Positions 12,622-25,528 of a stretch of 64,000 nucleotides of DNA are shown in pieces. Both the position numbers and the translations under genes were made by a program. Below the pieces are notes generated by a model, which made no database searches, had not been told where the DNA came from, and was given only the letters and a program-made list of their open reading frames with translations. Origin of the DNA: Squalus acanthias (Eukaryota); assembly GCA_030390025.1 (NCBI GenBank), contig JASTWF010000036.1:3846001-3910000 (forward strand), written 5' to 3'. How positions within the stretch are numbered: the first letter of the stretch is position 1; each line of letters starts with the position of its first letter.

Positions 12622-15453
12622 CATTGAACTCTGGAGCTCCTCGAATCTGGATGGCTCAGTATCATACAGAGCAGCTGAAATACCCACTGAGCCATGGGGA
12701 CTTTGCTTCTGCTTTTCCCATCTATGATCTGAGGTTGTGCTAATCTGGCAATTGGGAACTTGACCCTTGGTCCTTTTTATTTTTGCTTCCTCCTTGCTTT
12801 GCAACCAAGAAGATGATGGAGGTCCTCCAGGAATTGGGTCCATTGATGGAGAACAGGGCTAATCTACTTGGGAGACATCCAGTATTTTGTCAACAGCCTC
12901 AACTCCTGACCGGTTTCATTTGACTTGTGGAACTTTCCTTTTTAAGTCAGATTCCTGCGAATTTATGTTAAAGCGTTTTGGTATCTTTGGCTACCAAAAG
13001 CTTTGGTCCAAGTACGAAAGTGTTGCTAGACTTTGAATGAATGCTAATAACTGACCCGTGAAGGGCATCTGGTTTCGATTGTGCTTGCACTGTTGGGGAG
13101 GGGCGCATTAATAACCCAGCACCCCCGGCCTGAATGATTTAGTGCTGTGTTGCTTTTAATGGCAAAAGAACTCGCAAAAAAACTTGCATCTGCGTGGAAG
13201 GATTATACGAGACTCCGTTATCTGAAGCCGAGACTCTTTCTGAAATGGAAAAAGAAAAGTCCGAGTCCATTTGGTTTGTGTATTTTACCAAAAAGTTCTG
13301 AATGGGCTTTTTGTTCTCTGCACATACGGTTTTGTTTTGCGTGTGCTTCTGTCTTTTAACCCTTTGCAGTGCTACTTGTGTTGTGTTAACCATACTGTTG
13401 GGAGTCAATGATGTCAAGAGGCAAAAGGGAGAGAAAGGAAATGTTAAAGGTCAAGGGGAGAGGTGAAGCTTTGTCGATTCAACTGTCTCAAGGAACTTGG
13501 GAATCTACAATTTACTAAACAAAATTAGACCTTAGTTGAATTGATATAGTGCTTGACGTCAAAACACCTTGGAATGTTTCACGCATTGAATTATTTTTGA
13601 AGTGCAATGGCTTTTGTTCTGTGCACAGCACTGAGATGAACGAGCAGTTCATTTGTTTTTTTTTGAGGGGAGAATGTTGGCCCAGGGCACCAGGCGAACT
13701 GCCTTGCTCCTCTTCGAGTTAGTACCAGGGGGAATCTTTAAAATCCACTTGGAGGGGAGGCAGGACCACGGTTTTAATGTCCCACCGGAACATCGGCAAC
13801 CACCCGATAATGCAGCGCGCACTCAGTACGACACTGCTTGGATTATGTGCGCCCTCGATCTGGGGCTCGAGCAGGCACATGCTTCTGATCGAGAGACGAG
13901 AACGATGCCAGCGCAGCCAAGTTGGGTGAAATTCACCCAGCAAAATAACAGGCAAATAAACTAAAAGTGATGCCTGCTTGTAGTGTTTTTGGGTCAGGAG
14001 CTCTCCTGACGCCAGGAGTTTGTACAGCAAGGCGTGGATTAAGAGAGAACTTTCATTTACATAGCACCTTTTGTATCCTCCGCACATCCCAAAGTCGCAG
14101 GCAATTAATTACTTTTGAAGTGTAGTCAGTGGTATTTTACAGGCCATATCTGGTCATTATCGCATTGCTATTTGTGGGATCTTGCTGTGTGCAAATTGGC
14201 TGCTGCGTTTCCCACATTCCAACAGTGTCTGCACTTCATAAAGTACTTCATTGGCTGTAAAGTGCTCTGGGACATCCTGAGATCGTGCAAGGCGCTATAT
14301 AAATGCAAGTCTTTCTTTATATTTCCTAAGAACTGCAGAATGTATTGGCATACAATTCAAAAGCAAAAAGCTTATCAAAAAAGCTACTCCAGCAGGACCT
14401 TGGGGGAAGCTTTGGGAGGTCCCAAGAATGTGAAAGGTGCTGTATAAATGTAAGTTCTTTCTTTTATGACCTTAAGGTTGCACACATGTGAGCAGGACAA
14501 GCTACTGAAGGAGAGGCGAGAGCTGCTTTATCGCAATACCGAGATCAAGAGCTGTTCGGAAAGCACATAGGGCAGTGTAATGAAAGTCTCTGGTCGGGCC
14601 TGCACTTCCTATGGCAGAAAAACTGCCTCAGGGATTTTGGGGGGGGAATCAATCCACTGCATGGTTTGAACTGAATGCACTTTTGTGAAAGGGACTCATG
14701 TCTCGCCGTTTCTCTGCAACAGCCAGCCATACACCCCCTTGAGAGTTGTCCTCACTTCCTCTGGGAGAAAATAGGTCTAAGTAAACAGTTGAATTGTAAC
14801 AGCTAAATTCAAAGACCACACAGTCTTCACTTCAGATGGAAGCGCAGAATTCAGGTTAAACCTTTGTGCTCTTTTATGGAATACAAGGGGTGGCCATTTT
14901 GGTTGTTTTCTTCCTTCCTACACGCCTCTTGTGTCGGGGATAGTTATTGGCTAAATCTCCTGAGTATATGTGCATCAATAGTGAAAATAATAACACGAGG
15001 TTATCGGAGAAATGAGAGAAACAACAGGGGGAATTTTAACTCGCCCTGCTTGTTGGCAATGGGGTGGAGGCCTTTAAAATGGCGTTCTCCGCTCCGGCAG
15101 ATTTTGGAATCGACGCCGCTGGTTTGGCAGCGGATGAGGAGCCCCCTGGACTCAAGCGAGTGCCTTATGAATGAATGCAAATCGGGGTCTCATGACGTCT
15201 GTGGTCCCTTGACTGTGTTTTAACCCGGGCCTGAGCGGCAAAACTGGGGTGCTGGTTGGATGTGTTCCTGGAGGTTTCATCGCGTGTCGAACAGCCTTTT
15301 CCTCATCTCCAATGTTTTTATAATTAATCAACAAGTGTTCAAAGAAAATTAGAAAAAAAACACAATTGGTTTTTTCAATGCTCCTTTGATTTTTCGCCTG
15401 AGTTTCTCACAGCAGTGTTCAAGAGATTAATCTTCAATTCTTTAATATGTTAA

Positions 15454-15703
15454 GCTGGATTTCCAGTGTCTGGTGGTACGCCTCCAGCTGGATTTCCAGT
15501 GTCTGCTGGTACGCCTCCAGCTGGATTTCCAGTGCCTGCTGGTACGCCTCCTGCTGGATTTCCAGTGTCTGCTGGTACGCCTCCAGCTGGATTTCCAGTG
15601 TCTGCTGGTACGCCTCCTGCTGGATTTCCAGTGCCTGCTGGTACGCCTCCTGCTGGATTTCCAGTGCCTGCTGGTACGCCTCCTGCTGGATTTCCAGTGC
15701 CTG
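15454..15703. repeat. 33-bp minisatellite (gctggatttccagtgYctgctggtacgcctccW), about 7.5 copies
   Basis: near-identical head-to-tail units with no spacers. Confidence 0.95.
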
Positions 15704-16229
15704 GCGTGTAACTGAAGCCAAAAGCCTTTGTTGACTGATGTGTGTCATAAACAAAACGTATTGTCCTGAAGGTTGTGACTTGTGCTAGTCTACAGTTTCA
15801 TGGGCAGTAACCGCTCTTCGCTACCCTCTTCTCGGACCAATTTTCAGGTCTGAGTCAGCAGGCGATTGAATCGCAAGGGCATCGGAGCTGAGCAGTGTTG
15901 CCAACCCTCCAGGATTGGCCTGGAGTCTCCAGGAATTAGAGATTAATCTCCAGAACACTGCAGGCGAGCAATCCAGGGAGAAAAATAATAGGGGCATTTA
16001 AAAAAAATTGTTTTTCATTTGTCTTGGAACACTTTTTTTTGTTTTAGTTAAATGAAAAAAATTGGAGCCAGGAGGTCATGTGATGAAACCTCCAGGAATA
16101 TGTCCGACCAGAGTTGGCAACCCGAGAGCAGAGTCAGATCCTGCCCTTTCTCAACACACACACACGTACACCAACAAGGGTTACCAGAACCGTGGTTTAT
16201 TTTTATTGTCTCTTTCTCTTTCTCTCTTG

Positions 16230-16320
16230 TGAGAAGTCGCACAACACCAGGTTATAGTCCAACAGCTTTATTTGAAATCACAAGCTTTCGGAGCGCTGCT
16301 CCTTCATCAGGTGAAGAGTC
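16230..16320 (-). mobile_element. 91-bp Penelope-like element terminal insert with minimal hammerhead ribozyme
   Basis: reverse complement reads tcac-CTGATGA-a-ggagc agc gctcc-GAAA-gc-tt-gtga; 9-bp TSD tctctcttg. Confidence 0.75.
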
Positions 16321-17669
16321 TCTCTCTTGCCTGGGGATACTGAGATACTGAAGCTAATTTTAGTGGTCTTGCTGCTCTCCCAGCCAAGATCAGCAAACAC
16401 AGCACAGGCTAAGCATCAAAACTTGGGACCTTCTCTAGTGTGTGTGGTTCAGCGCCACATCACACGGTGCCAGCCACTCTGGGAAGACGATTAACAATGT
16501 GGTAGTGTGTCATGTTTTTTTTTTTTGCAACTTGGTTTACAAACCTTGTAAAATGACAAGGCCCCTTTCAATACTGGCTTGTGTCTATAATGGTTTGTTA
16601 ATGTTTCGAATCCAGCCTCGCTTCCACTGCTGTCCGTAAAAGCTTGACCTTTGCCCTCTGGAAAGGCTACGACTTCATTATAGCTTCCAAAATACCCACG
16701 TTTCTGTCCTGTGGCCTTCCTGGGTTTTTCCAAATTCAGCCGGCCTTCTGTTAGATTTTTCCGTTGTACTGGGCAAATTGTAGACAAAGGCTCCATTCAC
16801 CAAGATTGGCTGATCCACCTCGTTTTGCAGGTTGGCGGGGGGGGGGGGCGCGGGGAGCAGGGGTTGGAAATGGCATAAAATGCGTGTTCTTCGTATAAAC
16901 ATGTTGATCAAGGAGATGTAATCCAATCCTGTTCATGTGTAACCAGCCGGCAGAGACCTTAAACCATTGCTTATTGCCAGACCTGCACACAGTAGGGATG
17001 GCAGAACCGTGACTGGCTTGGCAGCAGGCAAGTGCACCTTATCCTCATTACAATGAGGCGGAGATGCCAACTTTCTGATGAGATGGAGGGTCACTCCTTC
17101 ACCCGAAGCCGAGCACTTGCCCCGCCCCCCTCGCCTTTGTTCTCTCTCTTCTCCCTTTCAAAATGAGTGCAAAGTTTAAAAAAAAAAGCACTTCTCTTTT
17201 CCTCTTCCATTTAGTTTATGATTGCAAAGCAGTCGCTGAGACTTTTTTCCCCCCCCTCTGATCATGAGGGGGAGGGGAGGGGTCAGCCCTGTCACCTGAG
17301 GGTCATTGGATATCCCTGGCTGAGGAGCCGAGTATTTAACTTTCGCCAATTTTCCCCCCTTCTCTTAAAGTGCTGACTCTGGGGTACAGTAACACAGGCT
17401 CCATTGCCCAAGTGACCAACCTTCACATGTTGCCGTAGACGGTGAGCGTCACCAGGCTGTTTTCACTGCGGAGGGCGTCGCTGGCGAGCCCGATTCTGTT
17501 CTCGCTCAACATCTAGACACGTGCTTTCCAGCGTGGGGATCACTGGAGAGCGATAATAAGTGGGAAGCCTGGGTGATTTCCCTCAGCTCTTTTTTCCCCT
17601 CCCCAGTCCCAAGGTAATGGAGCTACTTGTAGCTTCCTGAGGTTGGGGTCAGCTAACTTCTCATGGACC

Positions 17670-18025
17670 GAATTCTCATCCTTGTTTTCAAATTGACTCC
17701 GTGGCCTCGTCCCTCCCTATCGCTATACTCTCCTCCAGCCCCACAATCCTCCAAGATCTCTGCTCTCCTCCAATTCTGGCCTCTTGCGCATCCCCGATTT
17801 TCATCGCTCCACCATTGGTAGCTGTGCCTTAAGCTGCCTGGGCTCCAAGTTCTGGAGTTCCCTCCCTGAACCTCTCCACCTCTGTACCTCTCACTCCTCC
17901 TTTTGGTCACCTGCCCTAATTTCTCCTTATGTGGCTCGGTGTCAATTTTTGTTTGATAATGCTCCTGTGAAGCACTTTGGGACGTTCTGCGATGTTAAAG
18001 GTGCTATATAAATGTAAATTGTTAT
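17670..18025 (+). mobile_element. L2-clade LINE 3' fragment
   Basis: same family as 1021-1325. Confidence 0.8.
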
Positions 18026-18732
18026 AGACCGGTAATCAAGCTTGACACCATCTAATCTGCTTGGCTCAGTACTACACGAGCTAATGACTTTACCCAGTGA
18101 ACTAGTGAGGGAGCTTCTCTTTGATATTTGGCAGTGCAGAAAGGTCCTGTAAACTATACCAGGGAAAAACCCTGGGCTAGGAGAGAGTTAATGCTGCCCA
18201 GGATGCATTCTGTTCAAACATAAAAGCTAGACTTGTGCTGGTGCGGCGATTAATTCGGCTGCCCTTGAGAAATGAATTGTACAATCTTTGGACTGAGCCA
18301 AACCGTGGGCTTAAAGTGGGTTCGATTAGAATTTATAGCTCATTGCATTCTTCCCGCATGAGCACCAGTTTTAATTTTTTCTTGAAAAACAAAGCGAAAT
18401 GCACCACTCTGGGTTCCTCTTGTGGTGGTTACTCATGCCCTGGAATGGTCTGTGAGACGCGCACACTGTGTGGCCTTCAGCAGCCCCGTGCACACCAGAC
18501 AGGAAATGATGTCGTTTGCATTATTAGACAATTTTGAGAGTCTCCCTCCTGAGAAGCTGTGCACAAGAGGAAATGTTTCGAGATTTTTTTTTTGCCCCCC
18601 TCTTCACCGTCTCAAAAGTTGCAGAGACAACCTATAAAAGAGGCCTGAAGCTGGTCCGGTTTCTTCATTTAATCCTCCTCCAGTCCATTGTTACTGTTGC
18701 TGCTCTTTTTTTTAGTAAGCACAATTAATAAA

Positions 18733-19041
18733 TTATAGAAACGCGGCAGTCAATTTGCGCACAGCAAGCTCCCACAAACCGCAATGTGATAATGACCAGA
18801 TAATCTCTTTATTTTTTGTGATGGTGACTGAGAGATAAATATTGGCCAGGAAACCAGGGAGATCTCCCCTGCTCTTCTTCGAAATAGTGCCATGGGCTCT
18901 TTTACGTCCACCTGAGAGGGCCTGGTTTAATGTCTCATCCGAAAGACGGCACCTCCAACAGTGCAGCACTCCCTCAGTACTGCACTGGAGTGTCTACCTG
19001 GCTTTCTGTGCTCCAGTCCCTGGAGTGGGACTTGAACCCAC

Positions 19042-19083
<42 letters not shown>

Positions 19084-19092
19084 GGCTGACAC
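18733..19092 (-). mobile_element. SacSINE1-like DeuSINE (tail truncated)
   Basis: head and Deu block intact. Confidence 0.82.
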
Positions 19093-19189
19093 TGGTTTAT
19101 ATTAGTTCATCATGGATTATCCATCATTTTACTGTCCTGTGAGTGATTTTGGAGTTTTTTTTTTAATCCCCTCCTCTCCTGAAGGTGAA

Positions 19190-20260
19190 CTCCAGTACTG
19201 CACCCAGGCTGTTTGGCAGAGTGTTGGTAAGGTTTGTGACCAGGTTATAGCGGACCTCACAGTCGAACCCGAGCCTGTCTTCACCCAATATCCACATGGC
19301 TCATTGAATCAGGCCCAGGAACCCTGACAGACTGACTGCCGTCCTCCTTCGCCAACCCGCAGGCACTAGTTGTAGCAACCCCTGCAGCCTCAGCTGAGAT
19401 CAGGTAACCTGAGACCTTCTTGGTATGCGGGTCTCATTACCACCCCCTGACGTGCCATCACCCACTGAGCCATCCAGGGGAAGGGGGGCGCCCCAGTGGT
19501 ATTCTCGTCGAGATACCTTGTGCATAGTGGAGTTTTGCGAAGGTACCAGGTTCAATCACTGGTCTGAGCTGAGTTAGCTGATCAATGGACTCCTCCTTCT
19601 GGGTCAGGGCAGGGATAAATCAGCTAGGATTCCTACTCTTGATTCACATCCAGCGAATGCTGCTGGATGTGGGTGCACATGGCCACTGGGTGAAGACAGA
19701 ATCAGGCTGGGTTGTAAATTGTGCCCATGGGCACAATTTACAACCCAGCCTGATTCTATCTTCACCCAGTGGCTATGTGACACTTTCAAGAGGGGAGGGG
19801 AAAAAAGCGGCTGAGATACCTCCATTTTTTTTTAAAGTCCTCTCCTATTTTCTCCCCTCCTCTCCTGAAGGCATTGACTCCTTGCTGAGTTCCACAGTTG
19901 CCAATCATCCTTCAGGATCCCACCCAGGTGACTATTCTTTACCTGTGAGTCTTAATGGTGCGTGTTGGCAGGGTATTCGCCCGTACCCAATCCTCTCCTC
20001 ACCCAACAGCCGCATTCAATCGTGCGCACACTGGCACATGCGCATTCTCGCGCGCGTGTGCATACAGCGATCATCTGAGAGTGATCCAAGAGCAGGAACC
20101 GTGGCCCATTTTTTCCCCCCCATCCTACCCCAGCCACCGAGACCAATTATAATACCCCTACTGACTGAGATCAACTCACAGCACTGATTGAGGTTGAATG
20201 TGGGACCTACTTGCTTTGTCTAGCTCAGCCACTCGTTGCAAAAATTCATTTGAGCTATCA
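19190..20260. mobile_element. Cluster of old tRNA-derived SINE copies of a second family (possibly AmnSINE2-related) in alternating orientation
   Basis: shared ggttcaatc...ggtctgwgctgagttagctgatc block; diverged copies also near 11780-12015, 17380-17655, 26750-27080 and 37330-37735. Confidence 0.55.
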
Positions 20261-22582
20261 AGGGATTGTTATTTTTAAGGGAATAAAGTAAAGTCAATTA
20301 TTATTGCATAAATTCATCTGTGACACTTGAGCTGAACCAATTTGATGATTTGTTTTTAGTGCTTACTCTCTGGCTCAGAGTTCTTGGTTCAGTTTAGTCT
20401 TAAGTAAATAGATTATCCAAGCTGAGATTGATTTGTAAGATGTTGGGGGAGGGGGTTGTCTCATTTACAACCAGATGGTTTATGGGTTCAAGTGCCAAGG
20501 TTCTCCGTTACTCTGGTCCTTCATGATTGTGTTTAACACTTTTCCACCAGGCAATCAGATGGGGTACCTCCCAGTTATTGGAGTTCTTCCAGCCCAGGCT
20601 GAAGGACAAAGAGTCTTCCTCTGTCTTTCTTCTCTTCTCATGCCCCCACATTACAGCTAGTCAGTTGAGAGAAACCTGTTTTCTGGGAAATACCAAAAAG
20701 CATGCCTGGTAGTCGGGGGACAGGAGGCAGCTGAAATCCATCAGGATCTTGGCCTGCCCACAGCTCCGGGCCAAGAGATCAAACATTGTCCGTCCTTTTT
20801 ATCTCGACAGGTGCAATCTCCCTTTATGCCAGGGAGACTGGGCTCCTGCTTTGCAAGTACTGTAACTCGGATGAAGGCAACCGGCATGAATTCGGGTCTG
20901 CTGTAGATACCTTCTCGGGTTCACTAGTGTCCTGTAAATGGTCTGAGTGCCTTACATTTATGGGAGTCGACTCACATGACTCTATACAGTATCTACTTGT
21001 GCAGCAGTGGGACCCAGGGGTGTAACAATGAAACTCCCTTGTGATCTGGACCGGATCTCCACGTCATTCACCAGTGTATTTCCTCAATCTCTCCAAAGGC
21101 AGACTGAGCTAACATTAGATGAGGCGAGGCTTGGTTTGAATCATTGAGCTGCTTTATTACACAATAAAGTGAATGTACAGAGCAATCGTTCTGCTTAGAT
21201 TCACTTGGTTCAATCGACGCAACCTATTTCCGCTTAATAACATAAAAATAATGAACACGTTACGCTACCCTGCTTCAACGGGTTATCTTGCTTGACTTAA
21301 GCAGGGGGTCTTCTGACTATCGTCCAGCGTTTTGAGCCTCTTTGCCTCAACGAATGCCCTCACCGCTTTTCCCTTAATAAAAGACCGACTGCGCTTGAAA
21401 CCCAGCTGATTCAAAATCTTTCCATGACCAGCAAGCTCGGCTATTTTACTTCTGACTTTGTTTGGGCACCGAGGCTGGCCAATGGAGCTGCCAATCAAAC
21501 CTGCCCGGATGTGGGCCACCCTTGCAACAAGCTCCATGCGAAACTCAAAAAAGAATGAGGCATTCGCATCTGTAAGGTGTGACTGTTTGCTGGAAAGTAT
21601 TTTAACGAGCTCCATTGGCTGAGGCCATCCAGCCAGATGGCTTTGTCTGGCTTCGGACTTGCATCCCAGTATGTGGTTGTTCTTGAGAAACTTGCCCCTT
21701 TTTCTAAGCGTGTTTTAACTTGGAAGCACATTTTAAAATAACTCTTATCTCGATCCTGAAACGTGCCGGCAACTAATGCCTAAGACATATGTTATCCAAT
21801 ATCTTTAACATTAGAGTATAGCCACCGATTATATAAGTCAGGCGATAATCTGTAGGCCATGTGTCAGCGTGGCTTAGCTGGTAACACTCGGACTTCTGAG
21901 GTGGAAAATTGTGGGTTCAAGCTCTACTCCAGGACTTCGCACTCCTCCTGGAGGTGCCATCCTTCAGATCAGACATTTTAACGAGGGCCTGTCTGCCTGT
22001 TCTAGTGGTATAGTTCACATTGACAGCAAGGAGGTGTCTTGGCCAACAATCTTGCCTCGGTCAACGCCATCGGGAATAGATTAACTGGTCATTCATATTA
22101 TTTGGAAGACCTTGATGTGCACTGAATGGCTGCCATGTTTAACCACACTCACGGCATTTCATTTTTTGTGAGGCTGTTTCTGAGAGATGGGAGGAAGTGC
22201 TATATCAATCCAAGTTCATTTGTTCTTGATTATCGACACAGGCACTAGGTGTTCAAAGTAATATGGTCTCCAGAGCATCTGGAGTTCAGTATCCGTCTTG
22301 TACAGTAAAATGCATTCGGTTGGTCTAAATTGCTGGTTGGCATATGTGCACGTGACCTGACTTTTGAGTGTTTCTGCAGGTCAAACTTAGCCTCTCCTTT
22401 TAGTTTTTTTCTTCTTTTCTGCAGCATTCAGTCATGTTAGTAGAGGGTATGGCATAGAACATATGGGGCTGTGGCTGAATTCATAAGATGTGGCTTAATC
22501 TGCCTGGTGGAGGAATTACGTTAGTGTAGTGGAACTCTTCCGATCAGGTACCATGGCATGGAGGGACACATAAAAACATAAC

Positions 22583-23320
22583 GGGCCGAAAATTGATCCC
22601 GGGACGCGAGAGTACGCACTGCGTACTCTCGCGTATTCCCACTCCAATTGCCGGTTTTCTGCATGCCCTGCGCATGCGCTGAAAACCGGCAATTGCTCTT
22701 CTGAAAAGGGGGCGGGGCCTGGGTGCATCGCGTGCGCGCTACAGGCTGCGTGCACGCTGTGCACTTCATGCTTTGGACGCGCAGGTAAGTACGGAAGATT
22801 TTGGAAATGTAAAAAGGAGGAGTAAGACCCACTTTTCAGAAGGTAAGTAGTGAATTAAGTATTTTTTTGAATTTTTTTTAACAGGTATATAGAGACTTTA
22901 AAGACAGGTAAGTTTATTTTTATAACTTTTTAAAAGATTTTAAATTTTTTCAAAGATTTAATTTTTTATTTAAAATGGTTAATTTAATTAACTATACTTA
23001 TTTTATTAATGTGATGGTTTTTAAAAAAAAATTAATTGAGGTTTAGCTGTTATTTTGGGGGGGTGTAAGATTCATAGCTTTCACAGCACGTATGTGAAAC
23101 TTATGAATGGAAGATGGTGTGCTGCCATTGGCTCTAACTGAGTCACGTGATCCCACAGCTCGCACGAATTCACTACGCCGCTGGGATACGCAAGCACTGC
23201 CCAGCTGATGTCTAGAACATCAAGTTCGTGCGAGCTGGATCTGAAAAAGCACAAGCGAGGTGAGAGATCGCGGGGAAGCCTTACCCCCGCGGGAACAGAG
23301 CGAGATCAATTTCTGGGCCA
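22583..23320. mobile_element. Non-autonomous DNA transposon with CpG-rich ends and AT-rich core
   Basis: termini gggccgaaaattgatc ... gatcaatttctgggcc. Confidence 0.6.
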
Positions 23321-23321
23321 A

Positions 23322-24830
23322 CATAAGAAATAGGAGCCCTCTGGGGTAGAGAATTCCAAAGATTCACCACCCTCCTGAGTGAAGAAATTTCTCCTCATCT
23401 TAGTCCTAAATGGCCGACCACTTATTCTGAGACTGTGACTGTGACCCTGTGTTCTAGACTCTCTCTAGCCAGGGGAAACATTTTCTCAGCATTAACCCTG
23501 TCAAGCCCCTTAAGAATTTTATATGTTTCAATTAGAACACCTCTCATTCTTTTAAACTCGAGGGAATATAGGCCTAGTCTATTCAATCTCTCCTCATAGG
23601 GCAATCCCCTCATCCCAAGAACCAGTCTAGTAAACCTTCATTGCACTCCCTCTAAGGCAAGTATGTCTTTTCTTAGGTAAGGAGACCAGAACTGTACACA
23701 GTACTCCAGGTGTAGCCTCACCAATGCCCTGTATAATTGTAGTAAGACTTCTTTACTCTTGTACTCTAATCCCTTTGCAACAAAAGCTAACATATCATTT
23801 GCTTTCCTAATTGTTTGCTGTACCTGCATGTTAACTTTCTGTGATTCATGTACAAGGACACCTCTGAATGCAAACATTTCCCAGTCTCTCACCATTCAAA
23901 AAATATTCTGCTTTTTTGTTTTTGCTACCAAAGTGGATAACTTCACACTTCCCCACATTGTATTCCATTTGCCATGTTCTTGCCCACTCAGTCAACCTGT
24001 CTATATTTCTCTGCAGCCTCTTTGCGTCCTCCACACAGCTTACTTTCCCACCTAACTTTGTATCATCAGCAAACTTGGATATGTTACACTCAGTCCCTTC
24101 ATCTAAGTCATTAATATAGATTGTGAATAGCTGAGGCCCAAGCACTGATCCTTGCGGTACCCTGCTAGTTACAGCCTGCCAACCCGAAAAAGTCCCTTTT
24201 ATTCCTACTCTGTTTTCTGTCCATCAACCAATCCTCAATCCATGCTAATATATTATCCCCAACCCCACGAGTCCTAATTTTGTGTAATAACCTCTATCGA
24301 ATGCTTTTTTGAAAATCCACTACATCTACTGGTTCCCCCTTATCCATCCTACCAGTTACATCTTCAAAAAACTCTAACAGATTTGTCAAACACGATGTCC
24401 CTTTCATAAAACCATGTTGACTCTGCCTAATCATATTATGATTTTCTAAGTGCCCTGTTACCATGTCCCTAATAATAGATTCTAGCATTTTGCCTACTAC
24501 TGATGTCAGGCTAACTGGCCTATAGTTCCCCATTTTTTCTCTTCCTCTTTTTTAAATAGCGGGGTTATGTTTGCTACTTTCCAATCCTTGGGGACTGTTC
24601 TAGAATCTAGGGAATTCTGCAATATGAATACCAGTGCATCCACTATCTCTGCAGCTACCTCTTTTAAAACCATAGGATGCAGGTCGTCAGGTCCAGGGGA
24701 TTTGTTGCCACTTAGTCCCATTAATTTCTCCAGCACCATGTCTTTACTTATACTGATTTCTTTAAATTCCTCATTCTCTGTAGACCCTTGGTTCCCCATT
24801 ATTTCTGGAATGTATTCAACCTCCTCCACT
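23322..24830 (-). mobile_element. CR1-clade LINE, ~1.5 kb 3' part with disrupted reverse transcriptase
   Basis: [48 protein letters not shown] and LEYCVQFWSPY in shifting frames. Confidence 0.95.
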
Positions 24831-25003
24831 CTGTTGAGTTCCCAATCTCGGCCTCAGTGATGTGGGCAGAGTTCGTGCACTCTGCTGCCCGTATCTTATC
24901 CCACACTAAGTCCCGCTCACCCATCGCCCCTGTCCTCGGCCACCTATATTGGGTGGGCGGATGGTATGCTGTATACATTGGGTGGGTTGACGGTATTTGA
25001 GAC

Positions 25004-25183
25004 GTGGGTGATTTTCCACTTGCCGCCTGGGTGTAAAACTGCCATTGTGGATCGGCCGTCTGTTCTAGAAAGTGCCCGTTTTTCATTTCCATCGATTTCA
25101 TGAAAATCGAGCGGTTGCTAGAACGGGCGGCCAATCCACAATGCCAGTTTTACATCCGGGTGGCTAGTTGAAAATCTACCCCC
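25004..25183. mobile_element. Palindromic (foldback) MITE
   Basis: left arm gggtgattttcc...tgtaaaactgccattgtggatcggccg...tctag mirrors right arm ctag...cggccaatccacaatgccagttttaca...gaaaatctacccc. Confidence 0.7.
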
Positions 25184-25273
25184 AGATTTTCCTAACCTTG
25201 CTTGGTGTTTGTTTGCAGGCATGAAGGAGTTTGCCGTAACTTTGTGAATCTATCCCACTGGGAAATAACACAG

Positions 25274-25500
25274 TGAGATGAATCTGTCATTCATGAAAGA
25301 AAGACTTATGAAATAATACTGAGTGGCCTGCGGGTGGCGCTGTCCAGGGCGAGTATAAATACTCTGGCACGGGCCCAGCTTGCGCAGGACATTCTTAACC
25401 GGAACTAGTGAAGGACACAACTGGATCTCCATGTTGAAAAACAGTTGATTAAAGCTTTGTTTAACGCTTAGACCAAGTGCCGAGTAGTTTTCTTACGTCA
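25274..25500 (+). mobile_element. Solo LTR, copy 2, ending 28 nt upstream of exon 2
   Basis: TGAG...GTCA termini, 5-bp TSD CACAG, TATAAA at 25354-25359, ATTAAA near 25448. Confidence 0.82.
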
Positions 25501-25528
25501 CACAGCACTGCATTTGTTTGCTTTGCAG

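Noticed and set aside
15434..15754. Coiled-coil-like ORF (ALEIQQEAYQQ)n, or a CRISPR-like array
   Set aside because: Head-to-tail 33-bp minisatellite without unique spacers, in vertebrate intronic DNA; the open frames follow from the unit length.
17070..17112. CTGATGA followed by a weak stem (possible hammerhead); a similar CTGATGA near 41199
   Set aside because: No correctly placed GAAA and no closing stem I.
20455..21030. Possible additional solo LTRs here and near 5080-5650
   Set aside because: TG...CA-like ends are plausible, but I found no TSD and no second copy.
1..25528. FMNL3 exon 1 (MGN...ELEERF..VL)
   Set aside because: No matching peptide in the ORF track or by reading; presumed upstream of the window.
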